The notes beneath the pieces were generated by a model, which ran no database searches, was not told the origin of the DNA, and saw nothing but the letters and a program-made list of their open reading frames with translations. Shown one piece after another: positions 1-10,333 of a stretch of 64,000 nucleotides of DNA. The stretch covers positions 128,001 to 192,000 of the forward strand of contig CBDANS010000005.1 of assembly GCA_965197745.1 (NCBI GenBank), read 5' to 3'. Source of the DNA: Opitutales bacterium (GTDB lineage: Bacteria > Verrucomicrobiota > Verrucomicrobiia > Opitutales > PNEW01). The translations under genes were made by a program, and so were the position numbers. How positions within the stretch are numbered: position 1 is the first letter of the stretch; every line of letters starts with the position of its first letter.

Positions 1-1336
1 CCACCTTTTCTCCAAAGTTCATCGGCCCTATAGCCACACGCAAATCAACATCAATATTCTTTTTGGTGTAATGCTTGAATACGATACGGCCATCCTGAGG
101 GAGCCGTTTTTCTGCGATGTCGAGATCACTCATGACTTTGAGACGGGCGACGAGTGAACCTGACACTGCTGCTGGCAGACGCAGTTTTTCCTGGCAAATA
201 CCATCTATTCGGTAGCGGACAAGAAGTTCTTTTTCCATGGGTTCGATATGGATGTCACTCGCGCCTGAAATATAAGCGTCTTCAATGACGCGGTTGGCGA
301 GTAATATGACAGGGGCGGATTCCTCATCACCTAATTCATCATCGCCAAGGCTTCCTTCCACATTACCATCAGCATCATAGGTCGATCCAATGACATCAGC
401 TAACTCTGACATCTCTTCTCCCATTTCACCGGGATCCAGTTGGCCTCCATCATCTTTAAAGTATTTCTTAAGCAAACTATCAAAAAAAGAAGCGGGAGCT
501 ACCGATACTTCTTCAATAAATAATTCTGTAGCCGTAGCAAAACTTTCGCGCCTGGGGTAGTCGAGTGGGTTAGTCATGAGGGCCGCCACGCTGGTGGGAG
601 AGAGGCGTTTATAGGGTAAGACCCCCTCGCGCTTGATAACCGCGTCACCAACCACTTCGAGAAGTTTTTCATCGATTTGAATTTCTTCTTCTGCGGTGAT
701 GATACTACAATTTGTAAACTTGGCGATAAACTTTGCCGTTTCAGTATCATCGATTTCAAACTTTGGATCCAGCATGCGCTGAATGAGGGGCGCAGAATAC
801 TCGGCTACCTCCATCACGACTTGAAGGTCATCGTCACCAAATTCTCTGGTTGCCGCGTCGGGCTCCTTATTAAGCAACTGGATCGCGCCAATTACTTTTT
901 TCGCTTTCAACGGCACGGTAAGCATCGATGTGACCTCAAACCCTGTGTCTTTCGCCATGGAATACATGGCTTCACCGTTTTCCGAGAGAGAGAAGAAAGC
1001 GGGTTCACCCGAATCGATAACCTGGCCGACGATACCCGTTCCCGAGGGGATTTTCAATTCGAGCAGTTTATTTTGTTTATCAGTAAACTCTTTCTCTTTA
1101 TCCGGATCGCCCTCCCAAAGCGTGGGTGAGTAGTAAACATGCTTAAAGGCAATATCGGTGCCCTCAAGGAGGTAAAGGGTCATGGATTGAGCCTGCAGCC
1201 CTTCTACAACTTTGGTCGCAGTCAGTTCAATAACTGAGCTGACGTCTTCTTTGCTCGGCTGAGGTTTTGAGATGACTTTGAGAAGGAGTGTTCTTCTCAG
1301 GGTCCCCGATAAACCGGGTTGGGATATAGTAGCCAT
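1..1336 (-). CDS. GspE/PilB-family secretion/pilus ATPase with N-terminal GAF domain (runs off the left edge of the window)
   Basis: Not in the ORF track. Manual translation from ATG at 1336: [11 protein letters not shown]...[14 protein letters not shown]...[24 protein letters not shown]...FGDDDL (GAF), then [37 protein letters not shown]...VRYRIDG...[22 protein letters not shown] (GspE/PilB signature). These segments are all in the same frame. Confidence 0.9.
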   Translation of the reverse strand, partial: MATISQPGLSGTLRRTLLLKVISKPQPSKEDVSSVIELTATKVVEGLQAQSMTLYLLEGTDIAFKHVYYSPTLWEGDPDKEKEFTDKQNKLLELKIPSGTGIVGQVIDSGEPAFFSLSENGEAMYSMAKDTGFEVTSMLTVPLKAKKVIGAIQLLNKEPDAATREFGDDDLQVVMEVAEYSAPLIQRMLDPKFEIDDTETAKFIAKFTNCSIITAEEEIQIDEKLLEVVGDAVIKREGVLPYKRLSPTSVAALMTNPLDYPRRESFATATELFIEEVSVAPASFFDSLLKKYFKDDGGQLDPGEMGEEMSELADVIGSTYDADGNVEGSLGDDELGDEESAPVILLANRVIEDAYISGASDIHIEPMEKELLVRYRIDGICQEKLRLPAAVSGSLVARLKVMSDLDIAEKRLPQDGRIVFKHYTKKNIDVDLRVAIGPMNFGEKV

Positions 1337-1516
1337 AATATAATTATTTCAAATTAATATTATAAATATATGATATTAATATATTCGGCAAACGTTCGGG
1401 TATAATTTAAATAAAATTATAATTCAAATTATTTGTAATAACAAATATAAAAAATCGGGAATAAGAGGTTGGCAATCAAGCAAATAAGTAATTGCTTAAC
1501 CATTAATGGCTTGTGA

Positions 1517-2087
1517 ATGGCCCTCTTGTCAATGCTGAAGTTTATTAGTGCTTTTCTGCATGCATGGATACCGCAGGATCCGATAACCGCTCATGAGATT
1601 GGACGATTTGGAGAGGAACGAGCAGTTGATTACCTGAAAAGGGTAAAAAAATATCGTATTATTTGTCGCAATTGGAAATACCGACACGGCGAAATCAATA
1701 TTGTTGCCTGGGATCGTGAGGTTCTTGTATTTCTTGAAGTGCGCGCACGCAGGAAAGGAGCGCTTGTGCCGGGGTACCACAGTGTCGGCCATCAATTGGA
1801 AATACCGACACGGCGAAATCAATATTGTTGCCTGGGATCGTGAGGTTCTTGTATTTCTTGAAGTGCGCGCACGCAGGAAAGGAGCGCTTGTGCCGGGGTA
1901 CCACAGTGTCGGCCATCATAAAAAGAAGGTATTAAGGCGAACCTGTCGGGCCTATATGCAAGGGCTTAGCAGTCCTCCTGACACTTTTCGCTTTGACATT
2001 GTGGAAATGAGGCATGGAGAAAAAGAGGATTACACTATAAATCATTTTGAAAATGTTACACTATTTTCCAAATACTATCGCCCGTAA
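1517..2087 (+). pseudogene. yraN: YraN/UPF0102 putative endonuclease, frameshifted by an internal 124-bp tandem duplication
   Basis: GRFGEERAVDYL...RNWKYRHGEINIVA...LVFLEVRAR...RFDIV motifs are split across ORFs 1517-1843 and 1701-2087. Removing one repeat copy restores a single frame. Confidence 0.85.
1669..1918 (+). repeat. Exact 124-bp direct tandem duplication (1669-1792 and 1793-1916) with CA microhomology at the junction
   Basis: caattggaaataccgacacgg...agtgtcggccat occurs twice back to back, and ca recurs at 1917-1918. Confidence 0.95.
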
Positions 2088-2097
2088 TAAATTATAG

Positions 2098-3645
2098 ATG
2101 ACGGAATCCACTCGACATCCTTTTCTTCAGGGTTTGAGCAAATACCGTGGCGTTTCTCCAACGGTCATTGTCATATTTGGAGCTACGGGAGATTTAACCG
2201 CGCGCAAATTGATGCCCGCAATCTATAACCTCAGCATCGACAATCTTTTGCCAGCGGACTTTTACTTTATCGGTATCGGGCGCAAAAAAATTTCGAATGA
2301 AGGATTCCAGAAGATGTCGAATGATTCGATTGAGCGCTATTCAAGAAGCCCCTTGAATAATGAAGTATGGGAAAGGATCAGCGCCCGGATTTATTACCTC
2401 AGCGGTGATTACGACGATCTTAAAACTTATCAGCGTTTGAAAAAGAAAATAAGCGTTATTGAAAAAGAAGCGGGGCGGGAACTTCAGTTACTTTTTTATT
2501 TATCAATACCACCCTCTGTCTTTGAACCTGTTTTACAGAATCTAGGCGCGAGTGGATTGGCATCCCGAAGTGAAAATAATGAAAAGTCATCGAAGGTGAT
2601 CATAGAAAAACCTTTCGGGCACGATTTGGATTCAGCGCGTAAACTCAATGATGTCATCAGACAGGAATTTTCGGAAAGCCAAGTATTCCGCATTGATCAC
2701 TATCTTGGTAAAGAGACCGTGCAGGATCTACTCGTCCAGCGATTTGCCAATGCTATTTTTGAACCTATTTGGAATCGTGAATATGTTGACTCTGTTCAGA
2801 TCACGGTGGCCGAGGAAATAGGTGTCGGTGGTCGGGGAGGGTACTATGACAAAAGCGGTGCCCTGCGGGACATGATTCAAAATCATACGATGCAACTTCT
2901 CTCCCTCATTGCGATGGAACCCCCGGTCTCTCTTGATCCCGAAGCGATCCGCGATGAGAAGGTAAAAGTATTAAAATCTATTCAACACCTTAAACTTGAT
3001 AAGGAGGGAGGAGACGCCATTCGCGGCCAGTATATTGCAGGGCTGATTCATGGAAAGAAAGTGCCCGCTTATCTCGAGGAAGATGGTATACCCCATGGAT
3101 CTTATACCGACACCTACGCCTCCCTGCGCTTGTTTATTAATAACTGGCGCTGGAAAGGTGTCCCTTTCTATGTGCGTTCGGGTAAACGGATGGCGCGACG
3201 CGTCAGCGAGATAGCCATTCAATTCAAACGCCCGCCCGGTATTCTTTTTACTGAAGACGAGCGTTATGCGGTCGCCTCGAACACAATGGTCATTCGTATT
3301 CAACCTGACGAGGGAATTACCCTGCTCATGAATGCAAAAATCCCTGGGCTGGAAACACGCACGCAACCGGTGAAGATGCATTTTCGTTACGCAACTACCT
3401 TTGGGTCTAATACGCCAGAGGCCTACGAACGCCTTATTTTAGATGCAATGATCGGTGACAGCACACTCTTCATACGCAGAGACGAAACTGAAGCATCATG
3501 GAAAATCATTACTCCTGTCATCGAATTCTGGGAAGGCTGCGGCAATAAAGGGCTTGATAACTATGTAGCCGGCTCATGGGGCCCTGAATCGGCCGACGCA
3601 ATGCTTGCTGAGCATAATCATGACTGGCGCAAGGCGGGCCCCTGA
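2098..3645 (+). CDS. zwf: Glucose-6-phosphate 1-dehydrogenase
   Basis: GATGDL, EKPFG, RIDHYLGKE, RWKGVPFYVRSGK, PEAYERL motifs. Confidence 0.97.
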   Translation: MTESTRHPFLQGLSKYRGVSPTVIVIFGATGDLTARKLMPAIYNLSIDNLLPADFYFIGIGRKKISNEGFQKMSNDSIERYSRSPLNNEVWERISARIYYLSGDYDDLKTYQRLKKKISVIEKEAGRELQLLFYLSIPPSVFEPVLQNLGASGLASRSENNEKSSKVIIEKPFGHDLDSARKLNDVIRQEFSESQVFRIDHYLGKETVQDLLVQRFANAIFEPIWNREYVDSVQITVAEEIGVGGRGGYYDKSGALRDMIQNHTMQLLSLIAMEPPVSLDPEAIRDEKVKVLKSIQHLKLDKEGGDAIRGQYIAGLIHGKKVPAYLEEDGIPHGSYTDTYASLRLFINNWRWKGVPFYVRSGKRMARRVSEIAIQFKRPPGILFTEDERYAVASNTMVIRIQPDEGITLLMNAKIPGLETRTQPVKMHFRYATTFGSNTPEAYERLILDAMIGDSTLFIRRDETEASWKIITPVIEFWEGCGNKGLDNYVAGSWGPESADAMLAEHNHDWRKAGP

Positions 3646-3718
3646 ATGAAATTATAATAGCCATTGGTATATGATTCATCCCGGCTTATTGAAAATAGAT
3701 AATTAATTTATAATATTA

Positions 3719-4732
3719 ATGTCCTCCTCCATGTCATCATCTCCCTTCGAATCATTACCTGGCGTGCCCTTACCGGTGGCCGACGTGACGGACAGACTGT
3801 CAGAAATGTGGCAAAGTAATGATGATGACGGACCAAAGGCTCTCTCTGAATTTCGAGCTTCACAGATGAATCTCATAATACTTTTTGGGCGTTTAACCTC
3901 GGTTGGGGAAGCCCTCGCTCAGTTTGAAATCGCCATGCGGTTTGCCGAACGTTATCCCTGCAGAATCATAATCCTCTGCCCGATTACCGATAAGTCGAGT
4001 GATAAGCAGTTGAAGGGTAAACTCTACGCGCAGTGCTACATGGGGGCTTCACAGAACGCCAAGACCTGTAGTGAAACGCTCATTCTCGGTTATACTTCCG
4101 AACAGGTTGATTTTCTTGAGAATCAGGTTTCGACGTGGTTGGAAAGTGATCTTCCTCTCTATCTCTGGCTCCACAAGGCTTCAATCCGTCGCCTGATAAA
4201 ATCATTTTCCACGTTCTTTAAAGCCAGCCGTAGAGTCGTCTATGATTACTCCCTGGAAGGGGATACTTATAATAAAATTAAATGGCCTGACTATGTCACC
4301 GTTCGCGATCTTTCCTATTCGCGGACATTGCCCATGCGACAATCCATTGGGCAATTTATCAGCGCTTATCCACCCGAAGTGTTAGTGAAGGGTTTGGAAA
4401 AAGTGGAAATAAGGTATATTGCCGAAAGAGAGGGTGAAGGGCGCGAACTTCTCGCCTGGCATCGATCCAGTTTTGACGCATGCGCGAAGCAGAGCGGGGT
4501 TCAATCGGACAAGAAATAATTTCATGGGCGGAAGATGAGTAATGCTTCTGATGCGGAAATTGGTGTGCATTGGAAATACGATACGGAGGATCGGTATTTC
4601 CATTGGACCGTAATGAAAGAGGCGCATCTGGGAAAAATAGCTGCTAATTTTGGTAGTGGTGATGTGACTTACCCTTTCTCCATTAAGTTCCTCGAACCCG
4701 AAATGGCTCTGGGGGAGGCGTTGTTTTTTTAA
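3719..4732 (+). pseudogene. opcA: OpcA-like G6PDH assembly/effector protein interrupted by an in-frame TAA at 4517-4519
   Basis: Directly downstream of zwf; RASQMNL, YPCRII, LESDLPLYLW, DLSYSR segments. ORF 4535-4732 is in the same frame (TAA TTT CAT GGG CGG AAG ATG). Confidence 0.7.
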
Positions 4733-4830
4733 AATTAGGCTATGTTAATAACAGCTCAAAACATCTCTTGACTTGGCAAGACCGCTAAAACAAAAATTCA
4801 TCTCCTCAAAAAAATATTGAAAGGTTCTTC

Positions 4831-5619
4831 ATGCATTCACTTGTCGATTATAATGTCCCTTCAGGTAAGCTGGCTGTCCATTGGTTTGGCCAGAGTTCAT
4901 TTGCTATAAAATCACCCGGCAACACGCTATTGCTATTGGATCCTTATTTTCCGCATGATCGTCCCGCGGATACTTTCATCCATGCCACCCCCCCTCTGGA
5001 TGAATCCTCACTGCCCGTGCAAGGGGTTCTTCTCACCCATGACCATGGCGATCACACCCATCCGGAAACTCTGGCGCGTGTCAAAAAAGCATCTCCTGAA
5101 GCAATTTATGTAGGACCGTCTGAAAGTAGAACCAGAGTGGGTGAGATTGGTATAGGCGGTGATCAATTTATAACCGTTGAGGCTGGTCAATCACAAACCA
5201 TAGGGGATTTGAATATCCATGTCGTTAATGCCAAGCCACCCGAAGGGGATCCTGCCAATAATATCGATCCGCCCGACGTGACCCACATCGGATTTGTGGT
5301 TGAAGGGGATGGCGTGCGCATTTATTTCACAGGAGACCCTATCAATAATTTCGCTGAACATGATGCCTTAATAGAACCGGTTAAAGCTTTAGCCCCACAA
5401 ATCGGGTGGGTAACCTGTCATCCAGAGGAAGGAGAGTTTCCATTTTATGATGGATGTGTGAAACTTGCACAACAGATTGGGCTGGAACAGGTTTTCCCCT
5501 CTCATTACCAGTGTTTTGTTAAACGCAATTACAATCCCCAGGAGTGGGTCTCTCAATTTCCTTCTGGCGGACCGCAAGCACGCACTGTAGAATATAATGA
5601 GAGCGTACTCGTCCCGTAG
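4831..5619 (+). CDS. Metallo-beta-lactamase fold hydrolase (UlaG-like)
   Basis: WFGQSSF, LLDPYF, THDHGDH (HxHxDH), YFTGD, PSHY. Confidence 0.85.
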   Translation: MHSLVDYNVPSGKLAVHWFGQSSFAIKSPGNTLLLLDPYFPHDRPADTFIHATPPLDESSLPVQGVLLTHDHGDHTHPETLARVKKASPEAIYVGPSESRTRVGEIGIGGDQFITVEAGQSQTIGDLNIHVVNAKPPEGDPANNIDPPDVTHIGFVVEGDGVRIYFTGDPINNFAEHDALIEPVKALAPQIGWVTCHPEEGEFPFYDGCVKLAQQIGLEQVFPSHYQCFVKRNYNPQEWVSQFPSGGPQARTVEYNESVLVP

Positions 5620-5669
5620 TTAGCGGGCGGGAAATTCCCACCTCTATATCCGTTTAACTAATATTAATT

Positions 5670-6680
5670 ATGAAGTCACCCTCTTTCAGGGTTACCGATG
5701 GGGATCGCGAATTTTTTAAACGGGAACTCGAATCATTTACTCCCGACCGACTATATGACGCGCACATGCACCTCGGTTTGCGGAGCGACTACAGTGCCGC
5801 ACACAGTCAGACCTTAACCAACACCCCGGAAGTGGCGGACATGGAAACCTATCGTTCTCATATGGAATGGTTAGTGCCGGGTCGGGAAATTATTGGGGCG
5901 ATGGTACTCCCCACTACGCTGGCGGGAGAAAGAATGGACGAAGGCAATCACTTTGCCGCACGTGAAGCAGCCAAGGACAATTACAGCGGTTCAAGTGTGC
6001 TTATCCATCCGGATATGACAGCGGACAAGCTACGATCAGACATCGAAAGATATAATCCTGTCTCGCTTAAACCCTACCATCTGATGTCCCCACGACGCCC
6101 GACGCAGGATTCTTTTATGACGGAATTTCTCCCCGAACACACGGTAGCAGTCGCCCACGAGGCGAAGTTACCGATAGTCATGCATATGGTTCGCTCTCAG
6201 TCACTGGCCGATATAACGAATCAGCAGACGATACGAACCTACTGCGAAAAATATCCCGATATGCAAATGGTGCTGGCCCATAATGCCCGCGGATTTAATC
6301 CGAGTCACACGATTAACGGAATACACGGTATTGCCGGACTCCATAATGTCTTTTTCGATAACTCCTGTGCCTGTGAATCAGGAGCGGCAGAAGCGATATT
6401 AAATGAATTTGGCCCGAGCAAGCTTATGTGGGGATCAGATTTCCCCTTTTCTCATTTACGGGGGAAAGCCATCGGTGTGAATGATAAGCTTATCTGGTTA
6501 ATGGACGGGAATGACGATTCGAGTCCAGTGATGAAGGAAATGGAGAAAGCATTTACTCTGGTTGGGTTAGAATCTCTTCGCGCCTTAAAATTTGCCTGCA
6601 TGGCGTATAAACTTTCGGATTCAGAGGTGAGAGCAATCTTTTGTGATAACGCGATGGAATTATACAAGAGAAGAAGCTGA
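5670..6680 (+). CDS. Amidohydrolase superfamily protein (Amidohydro_2-like)
   Basis: DAHMH, VMHM, VLAHNARG, LMWGSDFP. Confidence 0.85.
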   Translation: MKSPSFRVTDGDREFFKRELESFTPDRLYDAHMHLGLRSDYSAAHSQTLTNTPEVADMETYRSHMEWLVPGREIIGAMVLPTTLAGERMDEGNHFAAREAAKDNYSGSSVLIHPDMTADKLRSDIERYNPVSLKPYHLMSPRRPTQDSFMTEFLPEHTVAVAHEAKLPIVMHMVRSQSLADITNQQTIRTYCEKYPDMQMVLAHNARGFNPSHTINGIHGIAGLHNVFFDNSCACESGAAEAILNEFGPSKLMWGSDFPFSHLRGKAIGVNDKLIWLMDGNDDSSPVMKEMEKAFTLVGLESLRALKFACMAYKLSDSEVRAIFCDNAMELYKRRS

Positions 6681-6746
6681 TAAGAAAACAACTTGTATTT
6701 TTAAGTTAAATTGAATTTTAAATAGACAGGCAGTAAATAAGATACG

Positions 6747-7769
6747 ATGAGCACCCCTAAAACCTTAAAACTTGCCTTTGTCGGTTGTGGGGCCATTGCC
6801 CGCTATCACCTTAACGGGATAAAAGAACATGCACCGGAAATACAAATTACCGCCGCGATTGATACTTTGAGAGAAAAAGCGGAAATTATTGCGGCAGAAA
6901 CGGGAGCCCAGGTTTACTCCTCTTTAGAGGATGGACTCGCGGATGGAGATTTTGACGCCGTCGACCTGATGTTACCCCACGATCTTCACGAGAGTGCGGC
7001 TATCCAGACATTAGAAGCAGGTAAACACCTTGTATTGGAAAAGCCCATAGCACCCACTTTAGAGGCTTGCGAACGTATTTTTTCAGCGGCTAAAAAAGCG
7101 GGTACCGTTTTTATGGTAGCAGAAAACACGCAGTACTGGCCAGAGATAGTTAAAGCTCAAGAATTGATTCGCAAAGGAATGATTGGTGATGTTATTACCG
7201 CACGGGCTGGCTATGAAATGGAATTTAATGATTACTGGTTTAAAGATAAAAAACCATGGCGTTTTGAAAAATCGCGCACCGGTGGTGGCATAGTCATCGA
7301 CGGTGGTGCCCATTGGATACGCCCTTTACGCATGTGGCTGGGAGAAATTGATGAAGTTATTGGCGTGCTGGATAACCCCCTTGAGGAGATGGAAGGGGAA
7401 TCATTGGCCAAAGCTGTATTTCGATTCCAGTCTGGGAAATGTGCCAGTTTTGAAGCGATGATGGTGAAAAACGTAATGGGGCCGAGCACCTGGTTTCGTA
7501 TTACGGGAACACAAGGAGAAATCCATATCGAAGGGGGTTTGGAAGGCAGTATAATCCTCTATGACACCGACAACCGCGAAGGAAAGAAGATGATGGAAGC
7601 ACAAGGCTATCCCCAGTCTTTTGGACCTGAATTAAAAGATTTTGCACGGGCTGTTTTAGATGGCAAACCCCTGGACGCCGGACCCGAACAGGCCTTAGGT
7701 GAATTGCGCACAGCGCTTGCTCTCTACCGGTCAGCTGAAACAGGTCATTGGGAAAAAGTTTGGGATTGA
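6747..7769 (+). CDS. Gfo/Idh/MocA family oxidoreductase
   Basis: VGCGAIA, LPHDLH, GKHLVLEKP, GGGIVIDGGAHWI. Confidence 0.92.
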   Translation: MSTPKTLKLAFVGCGAIARYHLNGIKEHAPEIQITAAIDTLREKAEIIAAETGAQVYSSLEDGLADGDFDAVDLMLPHDLHESAAIQTLEAGKHLVLEKPIAPTLEACERIFSAAKKAGTVFMVAENTQYWPEIVKAQELIRKGMIGDVITARAGYEMEFNDYWFKDKKPWRFEKSRTGGGIVIDGGAHWIRPLRMWLGEIDEVIGVLDNPLEEMEGESLAKAVFRFQSGKCASFEAMMVKNVMGPSTWFRITGTQGEIHIEGGLEGSIILYDTDNREGKKMMEAQGYPQSFGPELKDFARAVLDGKPLDAGPEQALGELRTALALYRSAETGHWEKVWD

Positions 7770-7848
7770 GACGCTTGTTCAGCTTAGCTATTTTTTTTAT
7801 TCATCTTTAGTAATCGATTTAACCAGGTAATTTAGCTTATAAAAAAAA

Positions 7849-8655
7849 ATGGATACGATACCCGCGATAACTTATCACCAGGTATTGTCTGAGGACATGC
7901 CGATTCGAGAACGTAAAACAGGGGAGGGGGTCCTTTCAGGACAAATTTATCTTAAAGATTTTATCCAACATATGGATTACCTGGCGGAGCAGGGATTCAC
8001 GACTATCACGCATGATCAATTATACCAGTGGCAGATGGGAAAAGAGGAATTAGGTCCTAAACCCATTGTTATCGATTTTGATGACCATTCGATGATCTCA
8101 TATATTAACGCCCTGCCCGTTATGCGGGAGCGTGGTCAGGTGGCGACAATGTATACAATCAGTGGCGTTGCCGATGGCGATCCCACTCTGCCTACCGACA
8201 TGTGGAGTGTAGCGCGCATGCGCTGGCCAGAGTTGGAAATGCTGATCGAAGCCGGCTGGGAAATCGGCGCGCACACGCGCACGCATCTTTACCTCACAAC
8301 CGCACCCGAAGGATCCGAAGGCGACGCGCAGGTTATGCGTGAACTGGTCCAGGGGATGGTTGACATAGAAATTAATCTGGGTGTTACCCCTCACCATTTT
8401 GCCTATCCAAACGGACTTTGGGATGAACGTGTAGAAGTATTAGTAAAGCAGGTTTATAAAACCGCGCGGCATTTCAGGTGCTATGGTTGCGCAGAAAATA
8501 TTTCCAGGGACACCGATTTTTTCCGGCTTCCGACAATGAATGTTAACTACCTCTTGCCCATTGAAGACTTTCAACGGTTGGTTAATCGCCAAGATCCCGA
8601 TTTCTACTATTATGAAGAGTGCCGGGACATCGGGCACGCCGGATCATCCAATTAA
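7849..8655 (+). CDS. Polysaccharide deacetylase (CE4/NodB) family protein
   Basis: ITYHQV, IDFDD, WEIGAHTRTH, FAYPNG. Confidence 0.85.
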   Translation: MDTIPAITYHQVLSEDMPIRERKTGEGVLSGQIYLKDFIQHMDYLAEQGFTTITHDQLYQWQMGKEELGPKPIVIDFDDHSMISYINALPVMRERGQVATMYTISGVADGDPTLPTDMWSVARMRWPELEMLIEAGWEIGAHTRTHLYLTTAPEGSEGDAQVMRELVQGMVDIEINLGVTPHHFAYPNGLWDERVEVLVKQVYKTARHFRCYGCAENISRDTDFFRLPTMNVNYLLPIEDFQRLVNRQDPDFYYYEECRDIGHAGSSN

Positions 8656-8707
8656 TACAGAGGTTTTGATTTTTCTTAAGAAAACCGCGCCGTAATTGCT
8701 GGGAGCC

Positions 8708-8893
8708 TTAACATCTCCTGCAGCGAACGACGTTAAATATCGTGTCCCAATCGCCATCTTTTGCCGTGTAGTCCAGGAGGCATCTGATAGTTTTAGAAAC
8801 ATCGGGCAACTGATATTTATCCTTGATGGTGTTTAACATCTCCTGGGAGTCGGGTTGAATTTCAATAGTTATTTCGATTTTTTCACCGGCCAT
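8708..8893 (-). CDS. Small hypothetical protein, ribbon-helix-helix-like, ending in CxxC
   Basis: 61 aa with an RBS-like aaggaaaa upstream. Alternating strand IEITIEI, two helices (SQEMLNTIKDKY, SKTIRCLLDY), C-terminal RCRRC. Confidence 0.65.
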   Translation of the reverse strand: MAGEKIEITIEIQPDSQEMLNTIKDKYQLPDVSKTIRCLLDYTAKDGDWDTIFNVVRCRRC

Positions 8894-8929
8894 TATTTTC
8901 CTTTTTTAGTGAGTTAATTATTCTGAAGT

Positions 8930-10108
8930 TCATTGTTTTATTTTTAAAAAAGTGCGTTTGCCACTTTGAATGACTGTTTCGTTTTCAGGGCGATGAATTT
9001 CGGTATTAGGATCCTGACAACGTTCACCGTCAATTTTTACCGCGCCTTGTTCGATCAGTCTACGCGCTTCTTTTTTACTGGGAAATAGCTTAGTCGTTCC
9101 CAGTAAATCTATAAGTCGTGAAGTTTCACTATCGGATAGTGAGGACCAGGAAAAAGAAGGCATCTCATCGGGGATTTTCCCCTCGCTGAATACATTTTCA
9201 AACTGATTGAGCGCATTCTCAGCAGTTGCCTCATCATGTAATTCAGCCGTCAATTGCCGCGCTAAATTTTTCTTTGCGTCCATGGGGTGGTCCCCTTTGC
9301 GATGCCCGATTTCCTCGTCCTCGGCATTGAGCAATAATCGATAGTAATCCCACATTACACTGTCATCAATAGACATGACTTTACCAAATATGTCCCTGGG
9401 ACTATCGTTAAAAGCAATAAAGTTGCCTTCGCTTTTGGACATCTTTTTCGCGCCATCGAGTCCAATGAGGAGAGGCATCGTAAGCACAATTTGCTCACGC
9501 TTGCCTGCTTCTTTTTGCAAGGTACGTCCCACGAGCATATTAAAAAGCTGATCGGTTCCCCCGATTTCAACATCCGCATCGAGAACGAGTGAATCATAAC
9601 CCTGGACTAAGGGGTAGAGAAATTCGATGATAGAAATGGGTGCATTTCCCTCATACCGTTTTGCAAAATCGTCGCGCTCGAGCATACGTGCCACCGTCAT
9701 CTTCCTGGCCAGGTGCAAGGCATCTTCAAAGCTCATTTTACTAAACCAATCGCTGTTGTTTCTCACCGTAGTATGCTTTTCATCTAATACCTTGAAGGCC
9801 TGATGAAGATAGCTGTCGGCGTTTTGTTTAATTTCTTCCTTGGTCAGTACCGGCCGCAAAGAGGACTGGCCTGAGGGATCGCCGATAAGCGTGGTAAAAT
9901 CACCGATTATGAGAACAGCTTCGTGACCAAGATCCTGAAACTGGCGCAGCTTGTTAAATACCACCCAGTGACCGAAAGTGAGGTCGGGTCGAGTAGGATC
10001 CACTCCCAACTTCACGCGAAGGGGACCCTTTTCCTCAAAGCGTTTGGCCAGCTCATCCTCGGTTATGATTTGGTCGGTATTGCGTTTTATTAAATTCAAT
10101 TTGCTCAT
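8930..10108 (-). CDS. tyrS: Tyrosine--tRNA ligase
   Basis: KLGVDPT, YPLVQGYD, GGTDQLFN, KMSKS, C-terminal S4 domain (SKKEARRLIEQGAVKIDG). Confidence 0.96.
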   Translation of the reverse strand: MSKLNLIKRNTDQIITEDELAKRFEEKGPLRVKLGVDPTRPDLTFGHWVVFNKLRQFQDLGHEAVLIIGDFTTLIGDPSGQSSLRPVLTKEEIKQNADSYLHQAFKVLDEKHTTVRNNSDWFSKMSFEDALHLARKMTVARMLERDDFAKRYEGNAPISIIEFLYPLVQGYDSLVLDADVEIGGTDQLFNMLVGRTLQKEAGKREQIVLTMPLLIGLDGAKKMSKSEGNFIAFNDSPRDIFGKVMSIDDSVMWDYYRLLLNAEDEEIGHRKGDHPMDAKKNLARQLTAELHDEATAENALNQFENVFSEGKIPDEMPSFSWSSLSDSETSRLIDLLGTTKLFPSKKEARRLIEQGAVKIDGERCQDPNTEIHRPENETVIQSGKRTFLKIKQ

Positions 10109-10333
10109 CTGGGACTGGCCGTCATCGAGTGGAAATCGTTTATGCCGAGGCTGCGTCTTTGCCTGTGACTTCGAAAACGAGGGTTAGATTCATCGTAAAT
10201 TTAAGAGGGGTAGCCCAGGGTCAATATATGATCGGTGGTCACAATTCGATTTCTTCTTGCTTATTTTTGCTCCGGTCTCAAATGTTTAAAGCTCATACAC
10301 TAAGCGAATAAAAACAAGATAAAGCAATTAAAA

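Noticed and set aside
677..1133. Plus-strand ORFs 677-1129 and 930-1133
   Set aside because: They are antisense to the GAF-PilB gene and have no recognisable motifs.
1669..1918. CRISPR array or DGR template/variable repeat pair
   Set aside because: Only two adjacent identical copies, with no spacers, no adenine-specific differences, and no cas or reverse transcriptase gene.
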